Virus record (IMG/VR): IMGVR_UViG_3300032116_014939
Coordinates: 178,065-242,064 of that record
Length of the DNA: 64,000 bases
Direction: 5' to 3' (one strand)
The position numbers were made by a program, and so were the translations under genes. Shown here one piece after another: positions 37,680-47,024 of the stretch (the stretch's first letter is position 1; the number at the start of each line of letters is the position of its first letter). A model generated the notes under the pieces. The model worked only from the letters and a program-made list of their open reading frames with translations, searched no databases and had not been told where the DNA came from.

Positions 37680-39701
37680 TTATTCATCAGAACCTAAATA
37701 TTGTTCATAATCATCATAGGTTTTCTCTAAAGAATCTCTTGTCGCTATAATTTTAGGATTTGTTAAAGATGACATCATTGGTTTAATTGTCTTTACATCA
37801 ATTGGCTCCATCTTTTCAGAGTTATCAAGTCCAAGAGTTTTAGATAACTCTTGAGCCAATTTTTCTATTTCATTTTTTTTATTTTGTTTATATGTTTCAG
37901 TTTGATATTCCTCAGGTACCTCAAGTCCTGGTCTCCATCTAAAACCCCATGCTTCTGATAACTTTTTATTATCTTCAGCACTACCGTTTGAACCAAACAA
38001 TTGTTTAACAGTTTCCCATTTATACCCTTCAGCTTCAACTTGTGTTTTAATGTTTCCTCTAATTAAAGGTTTAAAAGTTTCATAACCTCCTTTCGCAGTA
38101 AGAGGTAATCCTGCTCCAATAGTACCTGCGGCAAATACTTTACCCGCTAATTGACCTTTAGCCGCTTGATTTAATGCACTTTTAGAATTAGGAGATAAAT
38201 TACTAACAATTTGTTTATTACCTAATATTTCTTTTGATTTCTCTTTAACCACTTGTTCATATTGTTGACGAACTGCTGGATTTTTCCCCATTTCAGTTTC
38301 GAGCTCTTTAAGGATTACATCTAAATTTTCAGGTAAATTTTTAGTGTTATTTTCTAAAAGAGCTTTTGACATTTGAACTATTTCCTCGTCAGTCAAATTA
38401 CTTATTGCTTGTTTTCCAATATTTCCAAATCCGGCCTTTAGAATTGGTAAATCAAATAAAATACTTAAACCTAAAGTTAATGCCGCCATATTCTTTTCTC
38501 CTTGAGCGTAATATACTCCACTATCAACAATCCCTAAACCTAAAGAAACAAACGGGCCAACAACAGGTATCATTAAACTTACAATTTGTAATAATGAAAG
38601 TACGTCGTGGATATCACCTGCATTGGCTGTACTCACTGAACCAACCACCTTACCATCTTTCACATTTGTTGCACCAATAAAAAAGTCGTCTTTTTTAGCA
38701 GAATCTAGAGCAGTTATAATTTTTTTAACATTACCCCCAAAACCATACGCTTTAATTACTTCAGCGTAAGACGGAATATAACCGGTATATCTATTAATTG
38801 ATGTTCTAGACAATCTACCAGCACTTGATGTCAATTTTCCATAATTTATTTTATAAAACGGTTTATATACCGCTAAATCTTGATTATAACACAAAAATTT
38901 ATATATATGTTTTTGAGGAGCATTCCCTGTGTTAGTTTTTATATCACCAGTCTTAGGACATTCCCATCCAGACTTTTCATATCCGTAAGTGTCCGCAATA
39001 ACTCCATTAACAGTTGATTTTTTCCATCCGCAAGCTATTGCTCTTTTTTGTAGTTCAGTCCCATCAAATCTTGGTTCAGTACTTTGTTCATTAATTGCTT
39101 TTGTAAGTTTACCAGATTTAATATCAGGTAAATAACGTGATATTAAATCTTGAAGAGACATTTCTTTCCCATTATAATTTACCGATAATTTGTTTTTTTC
39201 ACAACCACCTTCATATCCCGATTTATTCAAATATAAGTTAGTGAATTTCCATACTTCAACCATTTCAGCCAACCACACTGCAAAAACTGCATACCATTCA
39301 TCTTGTGTTTTAACTATAAAGGTTGGTATATTCCATTCACCACCGTAACCTGTTCCTAATGATTGTGCTAAATTTCTTTGTTTAGAATCTGAAAGACGAC
39401 AATATCCTTTTTTTCCTTTGTAAGTTTCATTACCATCTAAATTGTTAGGTTCCCATTGGAAATCTTTAACCGTACCTCTATTACAGTAATCGTTCCCTGT
39501 TTTATAATCATCCGCCGCAAGTCCTTTTCTTATTATTCCCTGGCTAGCTTCAAGTGCTTTCTCATTTTCTATTTCTGCAGGACTTTTGGGTTTGAAGGTT
39601 TGTTCTGAAACAATTTCAGTATTTTCAGTGAGCGTCATTTCGTTGTTATATTTCATTAACAACAATACTCTTTCTAATAATTCTTTTTTCTTATTTTCCA
39701 T
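37680..39701 (-). CDS. large probable ejected protein with a hydrophobic pre-toxin-TG-like hairpin
   Basis: ATG at 39701; 'SLMIPVVGPFVSLGLGIVDSGVYYAQGEKNMAALTLGLSIL'. Confidence 0.7.
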   Translation of the reverse strand: MENKKKELLERVLLLMKYNNEMTLTENTEIVSEQTFKPKSPAEIENEKALEASQGIIRKGLAADDYKTGNDYCNRGTVKDFQWEPNNLDGNETYKGKKGYCRLSDSKQRNLAQSLGTGYGGEWNIPTFIVKTQDEWYAVFAVWLAEMVEVWKFTNLYLNKSGYEGGCEKNKLSVNYNGKEMSLQDLISRYLPDIKSGKLTKAINEQSTEPRFDGTELQKRAIACGWKKSTVNGVIADTYGYEKSGWECPKTGDIKTNTGNAPQKHIYKFLCYNQDLAVYKPFYKINYGKLTSSAGRLSRTSINRYTGYIPSYAEVIKAYGFGGNVKKIITALDSAKKDDFFIGATNVKDGKVVGSVSTANAGDIHDVLSLLQIVSLMIPVVGPFVSLGLGIVDSGVYYAQGEKNMAALTLGLSILFDLPILKAGFGNIGKQAISNLTDEEIVQMSKALLENNTKNLPENLDVILKELETEMGKNPAVRQQYEQVVKEKSKEILGNKQIVSNLSPNSKSALNQAAKGQLAGKVFAAGTIGAGLPLTAKGGYETFKPLIRGNIKTQVEAEGYKWETVKQLFGSNGSAEDNKKLSEAWGFRWRPGLEVPEEYQTETYKQNKKNEIEKLAQELSKTLGLDNSEKMEPIDVKTIKPMMSSLTNPKIIATRDSLEKTYDDYEQYLGSDE

Positions 39702-39702
39702 A

Positions 39703-39963
39703 TTACCAAACTTGATTTCCAACACCACGTTTAACACCTGATTGCCATTTTTCACCTTTCTTACCTAACATGTTGGCTTTACCACGAGTTAAAACATATA
39801 ACTCATCCCAATTACTACCTCTTTTATTTGTGTTAGATGTTGCACCTCCACCACCGCCAGCCGCAGCGTCTTGTTCCCCAAGTTCATTTTTATCACCTCT
39901 GTTTTTGTCAGATGTTGTTAATTTTTGAAATAGGGAAATTATGTAATCAACGTCGTGTATCAT
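39703..39963 (-). CDS. small Gly-rich basic protein
   Basis: 86 aa; 'LGEQ' site followed by RG(K/V)(A/G)N repeats. Confidence 0.7.
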   Translation of the reverse strand: MIHDVDYIISLFQKLTTSDKNRGDKNELGEQDAAAGGGGGATSNTNKRGSNWDELYVLTRGKANMLGKKGEKWQSGVKRGVGNQVW

Positions 39964-40004
39964 TATTACATAAATATAACTCTACCAATAAAAAAGTGGA
40001 TAAT

Positions 40005-40340
40005 TTAGAACAAGAAGGACGGTGGAATTTTTTTTGGATTGTTTGAATAATATTCTTCCATAAATGATGTCAGTTCATCTGTATCAACCTCATATTCTTT
40101 TTCATCTGACGCTTCCTCGTCAATTATAAGTTCATCAGTATCTTCTTCATATATAATTGGGAAATCACTTGATTCATAATCATAGTTTTCCAAAATGAAA
40201 AAACCGGACTTTTCAATAAAGTCCAGTTCAAATTCATGTTCTCTAATTTCATCATCACCATCTTCCTCTAATCTGAAACTAACCTGTAGTATTTCAGATT
40301 TTGGATTATAGTAATAATCAACTATTTCTTTGATGTTCAT
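40005..40340 (-). CDS. acidic hypothetical protein
   Basis: 111-aa ORF. Confidence 0.7.
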   Translation of the reverse strand: MNIKEIVDYYYNPKSEILQVSFRLEEDGDDEIREHEFELDFIEKSGFFILENYDYESSDFPIIYEEDTDELIIDEEASDEKEYEVDTDELTSFMEEYYSNNPKKIPPSFLF

Positions 40341-40341
40341 T

Positions 40342-40803
40342 TTACAAAATTCTCTTAAACCAATTTAATGATTCGCTGATATTTTCTTGTACTAATGGAG
40401 CCTTTGATTTTAATTTAATACTTTCCTCAAGTTCTTCCATAGTATATCCTTTTCCACACTCACATGTTTCACCCTCTTTCATTTCAGTTCCACATTGCTC
40501 ACATTGTTCTCCCTCTTTCATAGATGAACACTGTTCACACATTTCACCTTCATATAAACCATTACACTCATCACAAACTTTTTTAAGTTTTCGGTTAACT
40601 TCTTTGTTTGTATATTCTTTAACTTCACCCATATTAGATACAGTAATTCCTTTTTCATCTAACGCCAAATTTTCCACGTTAAGGATTTGTTCTTTTGGTG
40701 TGTTAAACCCACGACTAACATATCCATCATACTGACTTCTATGTCTATCTTGTATTGATTGTTTTTCTTCTTCAGTAATATTTAAAAAAAATGCGTTTCT
40801 CAT
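40342..40803 (-). CDS. hypothetical protein with CxxC/MKEG repeats
   Basis: 'CDECNGLYEGEMCEQCSSMKEGEQCEQCGTEMKEGETCECG'. Confidence 0.7.
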   Translation of the reverse strand: MRNAFFLNITEEEKQSIQDRHRSQYDGYVSRGFNTPKEQILNVENLALDEKGITVSNMGEVKEYTNKEVNRKLKKVCDECNGLYEGEMCEQCSSMKEGEQCEQCGTEMKEGETCECGKGYTMEELEESIKLKSKAPLVQENISESLNWFKRIL

Positions 40804-40867
40804 ATATAATTGTTTTCTAAATAAATATACGGTTGATTGAATAATATTAATTTATTATATTTTACAC

Positions 40868-41377
40868 ATGGAAAAACCTTATCAACTATTACAACCAGTT
40901 TTTAAAGACCATCGTGGGTCTTTTACCCCAATTAAACTTTCTGACAAGTGGGTTCAATCAAACATTAGTATAAACGACGATATATTTGTCTTTCGTGGGC
41001 TACACTATCAAGATGAACCAATGGCTCAAACAAAACTTTTATCGGTTATCCAAGGAAAAATAATTGATTTTGTTGTTAACTTGGATAAAGAAAGTGAGGA
41101 CTTTGGTAAACTTGAAACATTTGTTTTAACCTCAGGTGAATCGGTATATATTCCAAAAGGTTACGCTCACGGATTTTTGACACTTCAAAGTGGAACAGTT
41201 GTTAACTACTTAGTAGATAATGATTATTCTAAAGAACACGAAGGATGTATTCAATGGGACACCGTAGAAGAAGTAAAAGATATTATTACCAAATACATGA
41301 GAGGTTTTAACTTTAAAGTTAGAATTAGTGATAAAGACACCGAAGGAATCACATTAGAACAATATAAAAACAAATGA
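40868..41377 (+). CDS. rmlC: dTDP-4-dehydrorhamnose 3,5-epimerase
   Basis: 'FKDHRGSF', 'FRGLHYQ', 'QTKLLSVIQGKIIDFVV', 'IPKGYAHGFLTL'. Confidence 0.93.
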   Translation: MEKPYQLLQPVFKDHRGSFTPIKLSDKWVQSNISINDDIFVFRGLHYQDEPMAQTKLLSVIQGKIIDFVVNLDKESEDFGKLETFVLTSGESVYIPKGYAHGFLTLQSGTVVNYLVDNDYSKEHEGCIQWDTVEEVKDIITKYMRGFNFKVRISDKDTEGITLEQYKNK

Positions 41378-41610
41378 CAAAAGAAGAAGTAGAAGAATTA
41401 GCCGAAGGAGCAATTCTATTAGACGGATTTGATGATTGTATTACAGGAATTGTTGAAGAGTTTGGTAATGGAGTAAGAATACTTTATTCACGTGATAAAA
41501 TACTTGAGTCATTACAAAAAGATATGTCTTATGAAGATGCTTTAGAATATTATTACTACAATATTGTTGGTGGACATTTCGGTGAAAGAAATCCTTTGTT
41601 TTTACTTTAG
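41374..41610 (+). CDS. conserved small phage protein
   Basis: 78 aa, coupled to rmlC; 'ALEYYYYNIVGGHFGERNP'. Confidence 0.75.
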   Translation: MTKEEVEELAEGAILLDGFDDCITGIVEEFGNGVRILYSRDKILESLQKDMSYEDALEYYYYNIVGGHFGERNPLFLL

Positions 41611-42209
41611 AAATAATTTGCGTAAAACGAAATAATTTTTGGAGCGTATCTTCTTAAAGCAGAATTAATATTTTCCACTGTTACTTCTTTATTTTCATCT
41701 TCAAGTATACTGATTACTCCGTTTACCATTTCACCTTGAGCCTTATCCGCCATATCAACTAATTCATCAAATGCTTCGTTAGTGTCATTATACTTGTGTT
41801 CATGAGCTAATCTTTCTTTACCCATATAAAGATATGGTGCCGCCGCAAACATATTAACAACACTAGCTTCTCTTAATTTATTTAGATATCTTTTTATAAA
41901 CAACATGTTAAAATGTTTTACTAACATCGCATGTTGTGTTAAATCAGTCGATTTATTTTCTTGTATATTTTTTTTCATTTTTCTTTCTCTCATTTCATCA
42001 AACTCAGACTCATACATCCATTTATCCTCATCCAATAAATAAAGACTTGACCCATTGTCCCATTTAACAACATACTGAGTGAATCCAGGGCCACTTTGAA
42101 TTTTAGTAACGGTTCCTCTATCACCAAAAGATAATTGAGGTTCACCCAAAAGTTCAATGATTACAATTCTATCACCAGGTTTAAGTTCAGGATTTAATTT
42201 CTTACTCAT
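41607..42209 (-). CDS. two-domain protein with a DUF4314-like N-terminal domain
   Basis: 'PGDRIVIIEL...GDRGTV...VVKWDNGSSLYL' resembles DUF4314; C-terminal 'LNKLREASVVNMFAAAPYL'. Confidence 0.6.
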   Translation of the reverse strand: MSKKLNPELKPGDRIVIIELLGEPQLSFGDRGTVTKIQSGPGFTQYVVKWDNGSSLYLLDEDKWMYESEFDEMRERKMKKNIQENKSTDLTQHAMLVKHFNMLFIKRYLNKLREASVVNMFAAAPYLYMGKERLAHEHKYNDTNEAFDELVDMADKAQGEMVNGVISILEDENKEVTVENINSALRRYAPKIISFYANYF

Positions 42210-42224
42210 ATATTTATAAATATA
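42209..42224. promoter_or_regulatory. palindromic double TATTTAT motif filling a 15-bp divergent intergenic gap
   Basis: TATATTTATAAATATA is a perfect 16-bp palindrome between starts at 42209 (-) and 42225 (+). Confidence 0.65.
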
Positions 42225-42845
42225 ATGAAATATCTAATTAAAGAATCTCAAAAACAAATTATCCTTGAAGCAATAAATGACAGGATTAAAGAAGTTCAAG
42301 AGGATGGTGTTGAACTAACAAAAAAGATTATTGAAGACACCAAATCTCACGCTTCGATAAACTTAAAGATGATGCTCACATGGGGAGCGGCAATCGGAGG
42401 GTTCATGGGGCCAATTATGCAATGGTTAAATGGACAGGTACCTGAATTAACTGAAAAAGATTTATCATTAATTGCCGCAGGTATTGCTTCAGTAATATTC
42501 TTTCAAGAAAGAAGTTTTACCAAATCAATTATTAAAAAGATTAAAGAAGATGGACTTGAAGAACCATTTAAATTGGGTGCAATCAAAGCCAATCAACTTA
42601 AAACTGTTTTAGCAGGTTTTTTAAAGAGTTTGAATTTATCAGCATTTACTGTAACAAATATGTTAAGTTACGCATTCTTGGTTCCGATTATACCAATGAT
42701 ATATGATGCTGTTTCTGAGGGTATTTGGGATATGAAAGATACTGAAATGTTAGTTAAATCATTATCAGCATTTGGATTAATAACAATTTCAGGTAATTTC
42801 TTAAAACGACTTATGGAATTGATTATCGATAGAATCACTAAATAA
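42225..42845 (+). CDS. multi-pass membrane-like protein with an MKYLIKESQ leader
   Basis: Several hydrophobic stretches. Confidence 0.7.
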   Translation: MKYLIKESQKQIILEAINDRIKEVQEDGVELTKKIIEDTKSHASINLKMMLTWGAAIGGFMGPIMQWLNGQVPELTEKDLSLIAAGIASVIFFQERSFTKSIIKKIKEDGLEEPFKLGAIKANQLKTVLAGFLKSLNLSAFTVTNMLSYAFLVPIIPMIYDAVSEGIWDMKDTEMLVKSLSAFGLITISGNFLKRLMELIIDRITK

Positions 42846-43104
42846 AATCAATCTTTAATTCTAAATCAGTTTTTCCTTTAAAAATTCTATGATAAGTTCC
42901 TTCAGGGATTAATAATACTTGTCCTTCAGTTAATTCTATTGGTAATTGATTATCCATTTGGAATTTCCACCCTTCACCCTGAACCACTTCAATCAATCTA
43001 TCTTCTCTATCACGATGCCATTGTAGTTCACCACTATCAACATTGGATTTAAAAACTCTAATCTTTGAAGTTTCTGTTAATTTTCTATCTTTATACGGTT
43101 TCAT
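42838..43104 (-). CDS. cupin-fold protein
   Basis: 'LQWHRDRED' and 'LIPEGTYHRI' cupin motifs; ATG at 43104. Confidence 0.75.
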   Translation of the reverse strand: MKPYKDRKLTETSKIRVFKSNVDSGELQWHRDREDRLIEVVQGEGWKFQMDNQLPIELTEGQVLLIPEGTYHRIFKGKTDLELKIDFI

Positions 43105-43105
43105 A

Positions 43106-43705
43106 TTACCAAAATCCTGGATAAGTTTTACCACCCCACAAATAACCAAAACGGTTTAAACGACATGCCCAATAACCAGCCGTTAATCTATCTTTTTTCT
43201 TAGCACACTGATGTCTTGCAGCAAATGATTTACGTGCTTTAGGATTGGATACCTTAGCTGTTAATCCACCATGAACATCACCAAATGAAATTTTCTTAAC
43301 TCTACCTGTTGATGGGTTTTTAACATAAACAACATATTTCTTACCACCACCAGTATTTCTTCTTGGTTTACCAAGTTCAACTTTCTTTCCGTTATATTCA
43401 GCTTCAGAAATAAATGATTCTTCCATCGGAGTATCCAAGTAAACAACTCTACCACTTGATAATTTAACCTGTGTTCCAAAATCAGATTCAACAAGTTCAA
43501 CATCATCTTCACTTAATTCAACCATTCCCTCGTAATATAACTCACGAGCTTCTTGAATAACATTAAAGAATTCCTCAGAACCAAATCTAAAGATATTATC
43601 ATTTAATGGAACTTCATTTGTTATATGATAATTAAGGTGTTCTGAGATAAGTGGTTTTTCCACCGATTCTGTAAGAACTTTTTTGATAAGTTTTTTGATA
43701 TTCAT
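43106..43705 (-). CDS. head-associated protein with a basic C-terminal module
   Basis: Leader MNIKKLIKKVLTES; 'KKYVVYVKNPSTGRVKKISFGD...RKSFAARHQC...AGYWACR' is common in T4-like phages. Confidence 0.75.
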   Translation of the reverse strand: MNIKKLIKKVLTESVEKPLISEHLNYHITNEVPLNDNIFRFGSEEFFNVIQEARELYYEGMVELSEDDVELVESDFGTQVKLSSGRVVYLDTPMEESFISEAEYNGKKVELGKPRRNTGGGKKYVVYVKNPSTGRVKKISFGDVHGGLTAKVSNPKARKSFAARHQCAKKKDRLTAGYWACRLNRFGYLWGGKTYPGFW

Positions 43706-43905
43706 TTTTTACTTCGTAATAAGAAATACAACCCAAAGAACAATGCTGAAATACAGTAAAAAATTCCTGTGGTAATCCAATAAGAATTTGTGTAATCCAA
43801 AATTGCTTTGAACATTATGTCGAACCCTATTGGATTGAAAAACATTGCGAGCATAAGGCAATAAGTGGCAACATTTTCCTTTAGAATTCGTTTCATTTTC
43901 GTCAT
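43702..43905 (-). CDS. small two-TM membrane protein
   Basis: 67 aa with two hydrophobic helices. Confidence 0.65.
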   Translation of the reverse strand: MTKMKRILKENVATYCLMLAMFFNPIGFDIMFKAILDYTNSYWITTGIFYCISALFFGLYFLLRSKK

Positions 43906-43962
43906 TATCCATTAACGTGGGTTTAAAGTTTATGAACAGAGTTCGTTTTATTTATAAATATA

Positions 43963-43993
43963 TTTGTGTGGAAGAATATTTTGTATATATTTG
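43963..43993 (+). promoter_or_regulatory. Bacteroidota sigma-A type promoter
   Basis: TTTG (43963-43966), 19 bp, TATATTTG (43986-43993). Confidence 0.75.
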
Positions 43994-44019
43994 TATTAAT
44001 AATTAAATAATCAAGTCCT

Positions 44020-44553
44020 ATGAAAAACTTATTTCTTTCTCTTGTTTTAGTGATGATTAGTTTAGTTGCAAACTCACAATTACCAAGTCATCTCAATTTG
44101 CAAGAAATACAAAAGGAATTTATGATTCTTTATTACAAAAGATGTGATAGTTTGGGTCACAAAATAGTTGAAGATAAATCTTTAGTTTGCTTGACTGAAT
44201 GCCAAGTAAATTACCTTTCAAAACTTGAAGACATTTCACACGAACAAGAGGTAGGTTCTAAGTTTTACTCTTTAGTTGATAGATATGCCTTTTTTTACCC
44301 TCAAATGTCAAAAACATCAGGTGTAAATTTAGAAATGAGTGAAGTAATTTCTTTGGCAGGTGTAGGTAAAACTTTAAATAAACAAACCAATAAAGGATTA
44401 GCAAAAAGGTTATTCAATAATTTTTTAAAATCAGATTCTCATAGAGAAATTATGGATGATAAAAAATTAATAAAAGTTAACTTCCAAGTTGGATTAAATA
44501 AATGTAATTCAATCTACATTGTTGGTGTTCTTTCTAATCAAACATTAAAATAA
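44020..44553 (+). CDS. secreted CAP/SCP-like domain protein
   Basis: Signal peptide; 'FNNFLKSDSHREIM' resembles the CAP motif 'WMxSxGHRxNI'. Confidence 0.65.
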   Translation: MKNLFLSLVLVMISLVANSQLPSHLNLQEIQKEFMILYYKRCDSLGHKIVEDKSLVCLTECQVNYLSKLEDISHEQEVGSKFYSLVDRYAFFYPQMSKTSGVNLEMSEVISLAGVGKTLNKQTNKGLAKRLFNNFLKSDSHREIMDDKKLIKVNFQVGLNKCNSIYIVGVLSNQTLK

Positions 44554-44563
44554 GTTACCATAA

Positions 44564-45901
44564 TTAATGGTAACTTATTTGGTCTTTTTTCTTTTTTTCA
44601 AAGTGACGTTTTGCGTCACTTTGTGTTTTTCTAACACACATTGAAACTGCGTCGTCACATGATTGAGTTTTTATTGAACCGTGTTTATTACCTCTTCTTT
44701 TTTTACGTCTACCTGAACCTCCGCCAGTTAAACTAAATTTCCATTTGTATAGCATTGCCCAATATTTTTGACTTGGGTTTGTTATTTTTTCAGGAGGAGT
44801 ACTATCTGGTAAAGTTACATCTCTATCACCTGGAGCGTCAACATCGTAAAATATTTGTATTTTTACTGTTGGTCTAACATATCTGTATTTTTCATATGCT
44901 TTAGCACCACCTTTATCCGCGGGTTCAGGAGTCCCAAATTCATTTCTTTTCTTTTCTAAAGTTGTTGCTTGTGGTGTATTGGGTGTGACAAAATTATTAA
45001 AATTGTAATCAACACCTTTAGGTAAAAAACTATATCCCTTAGGTGGATTTGGGCCAGATGTACCATCACCATTTTGACCTTTAGCATTTATAGTCGTATT
45101 ACGTTTACCTGTACACCACCCACCTTTTAAATTTTCATAATTTTTCATTAAAAAGTTTTCAACAGTTGCTGCTCTTGCTTCTGATAATTTTTCAAAACTT
45201 AAATCTTTGGCCTCACCTTGATTTCTAAATCGGCTAGCACTTGATTCTAAAGAAATACTTTGTATACATATTCCCGCATTAGGGTAAGTTTGTCTAAGAT
45301 TGTCTAACGCAGTCTTGTATGGTTCAACAAAAGTTTGATAAAATTCATTTTCGCCTGCCGGTTTTAATCTCCAACTATTATTATCAAAAAAATCTTGTTG
45401 TACAACTTCGGATGGAATTATAACCGTATCAAGTTCTGGTGGTGTCTCAGACTTATTTGGTAGTTTCTGTTTTGGTAATTTCTCAAGTTCAGAAAATGAT
45501 TGTCTTGTTCCTAATCTACAGTATTTATATCTATCTCGACCTTCAGAATTTTTTACTTTTTTAATAATATCCGCAGCGAAATACATGTCGTCAGTTTTTA
45601 TTTTTCCCCATAGGTCGATTTGGTCTTGACCCGTAAGAATATTTTTTACGTACCCATTTTGATTTTCTTGGTAAACTAATGATTGAGCTTCACGGTATAA
45701 ATCCATAAACTTTTCATTATCTTCAGTATTTTCACCTTTAGATTTAAATAACTCATACTTTTCTGAATAACCACCTTCACCTTGAGTTAATTTACTTGAT
45801 GACTGAGATATAAATCTTTTTCTATCAGGAGTTTGTTCGCTAATAACTTTCTGTATAATTGCAACTAAATCATTTTCAGTTAACCTAACTATTTTTTTCA
45901 T
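44564..45901 (-). CDS. leader-bearing protein with an OmpA-C-like domain
   Basis: Leader MKKIVRLTENDL...VISEQ; 'ISLESSAS...EKLSEARAATVENFL...RYV' pattern. Confidence 0.55.
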   Translation of the reverse strand: MKKIVRLTENDLVAIIQKVISEQTPDRKRFISQSSSKLTQGEGGYSEKYELFKSKGENTEDNEKFMDLYREAQSLVYQENQNGYVKNILTGQDQIDLWGKIKTDDMYFAADIIKKVKNSEGRDRYKYCRLGTRQSFSELEKLPKQKLPNKSETPPELDTVIIPSEVVQQDFFDNNSWRLKPAGENEFYQTFVEPYKTALDNLRQTYPNAGICIQSISLESSASRFRNQGEAKDLSFEKLSEARAATVENFLMKNYENLKGGWCTGKRNTTINAKGQNGDGTSGPNPPKGYSFLPKGVDYNFNNFVTPNTPQATTLEKKRNEFGTPEPADKGGAKAYEKYRYVRPTVKIQIFYDVDAPGDRDVTLPDSTPPEKITNPSQKYWAMLYKWKFSLTGGGSGRRKKRRGNKHGSIKTQSCDDAVSMCVRKTQSDAKRHFEKKKKDQISYH

Positions 45902-45970
45902 AAAAAAACTTTTTATATAAATAGATGAAATTTTAAAAAAAAGTATACTTATTGCTAAATAAATGAAATA

Positions 45971-46111
45971 ATGGCAGCTAAAACAACTAAATCATCTAAC
46001 TCAACGAAGGTTTCATTCGGAGTTAAGAAATCAGGTAAATCAACAAAGAAATTTACCGCAAATAAAAGAAGTAAGAATTACAAAAAACCTTACAGAGGTC
46101 AAGGGAGATAA
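45971..46111 (+). CDS. 46-aa highly basic peptide ending KKPYRGQGR (not in ORF track)
   Basis: MAAKTTKSSNSTKVSFGVKKSGKSTKKFTANKRSKNYKKPYRGQGR; no acidic residues; stop 2 nt before the next ATG. Confidence 0.8.
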   Translation: MAAKTTKSSNSTKVSFGVKKSGKSTKKFTANKRSKNYKKPYRGQGR

Positions 46112-46113
46112 AC

Positions 46114-46431
46114 ATGAAAGAATACATTAAAAAACAAATCGGAAACATTAAACAGTTTTCATTTGCCGAGATGACTTCCAATAGTTCAGGAAAGACATCA
46201 GGAAGTGGAACTGCGGGTCTTTACATCGTGTTTATCGGAGGTTTAACATTCTTTATGGGTTGTATCGATAAAATGTTTTTAAACAAAGATATTGACGTTA
46301 TAACACAATCAATAATCCTTGTTGGTATTGGAGCAACTCTTTTAGGTTATAGAAAATCAAAAGATAAAACAGAAGAACCTACGGTAGAAGAAGTACAAGA
46401 AACTACTGAAGAAAGTGAAACTATAAACTAG
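46114..46431 (+). CDS. two-TM membrane protein (holin-like topology)
   Basis: Two hydrophobic helices and a charged C-terminal tail. Confidence 0.6.
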   Translation: MKEYIKKQIGNIKQFSFAEMTSNSSGKTSGSGTAGLYIVFIGGLTFFMGCIDKMFLNKDIDVITQSIILVGIGATLLGYRKSKDKTEEPTVEEVQETTEESETIN

Positions 46432-47024
46432 TTCCACCATCTTTCAATATTTTCACTCAATACTTTGAAAAGTAATTTCCTTGCCCTTTCGTGATTGTAT
46501 CTTCCAATATTCAAGGCAATTCTTGATTTAACATCGTATGAAGTTAAATCCTCGTTGTCAATTTTAAAAATTTGATGTTTTTTGTTGGTAACAATTTTTT
46601 TGTAAACTAATGGGTATTTTTTGAAAAAATCATTTAAGTTTTCTTTTTTCAAACGGGTCTCCATATAATAACCACCTAAATCATCTTCGATATCATCACC
46701 TGTTGGAACAAAGAAAAAATCTTTATCTTCATAGTCCATATATTCCATAACATAAAATTCTTCCTGAACTTTTTCCATCAGTTTGACACATAACATCATT
46801 CTTTTAGCATCAAGGTCTGAATTAGTGTGAAATCCTTTTTCTTTAATGTACTTAGCTTGTTTTTCTAACTTAAACTTAAAAACCTCAAAAATATAATGGT
46901 CATCCCAATCCCTGTCTTTCCAAATGATAGGGAACCATTTAATTAAATTACCAACTGAGGTAAAAAAACCTCTTACCTTATAACCGATTTTAGACCAATA
47001 AAGTTCTTTTATTTTTTCAATCAT
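46428..47024 (-). CDS. hypothetical protein
   Basis: 198 aa; 'IKWFPIIWKDRDWD' motif. Confidence 0.75.
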   Translation of the reverse strand: MIEKIKELYWSKIGYKVRGFFTSVGNLIKWFPIIWKDRDWDDHYIFEVFKFKLEKQAKYIKEKGFHTNSDLDAKRMMLCVKLMEKVQEEFYVMEYMDYEDKDFFFVPTGDDIEDDLGGYYMETRLKKENLNDFFKKYPLVYKKIVTNKKHQIFKIDNEDLTSYDVKSRIALNIGRYNHERARKLLFKVLSENIERWWN

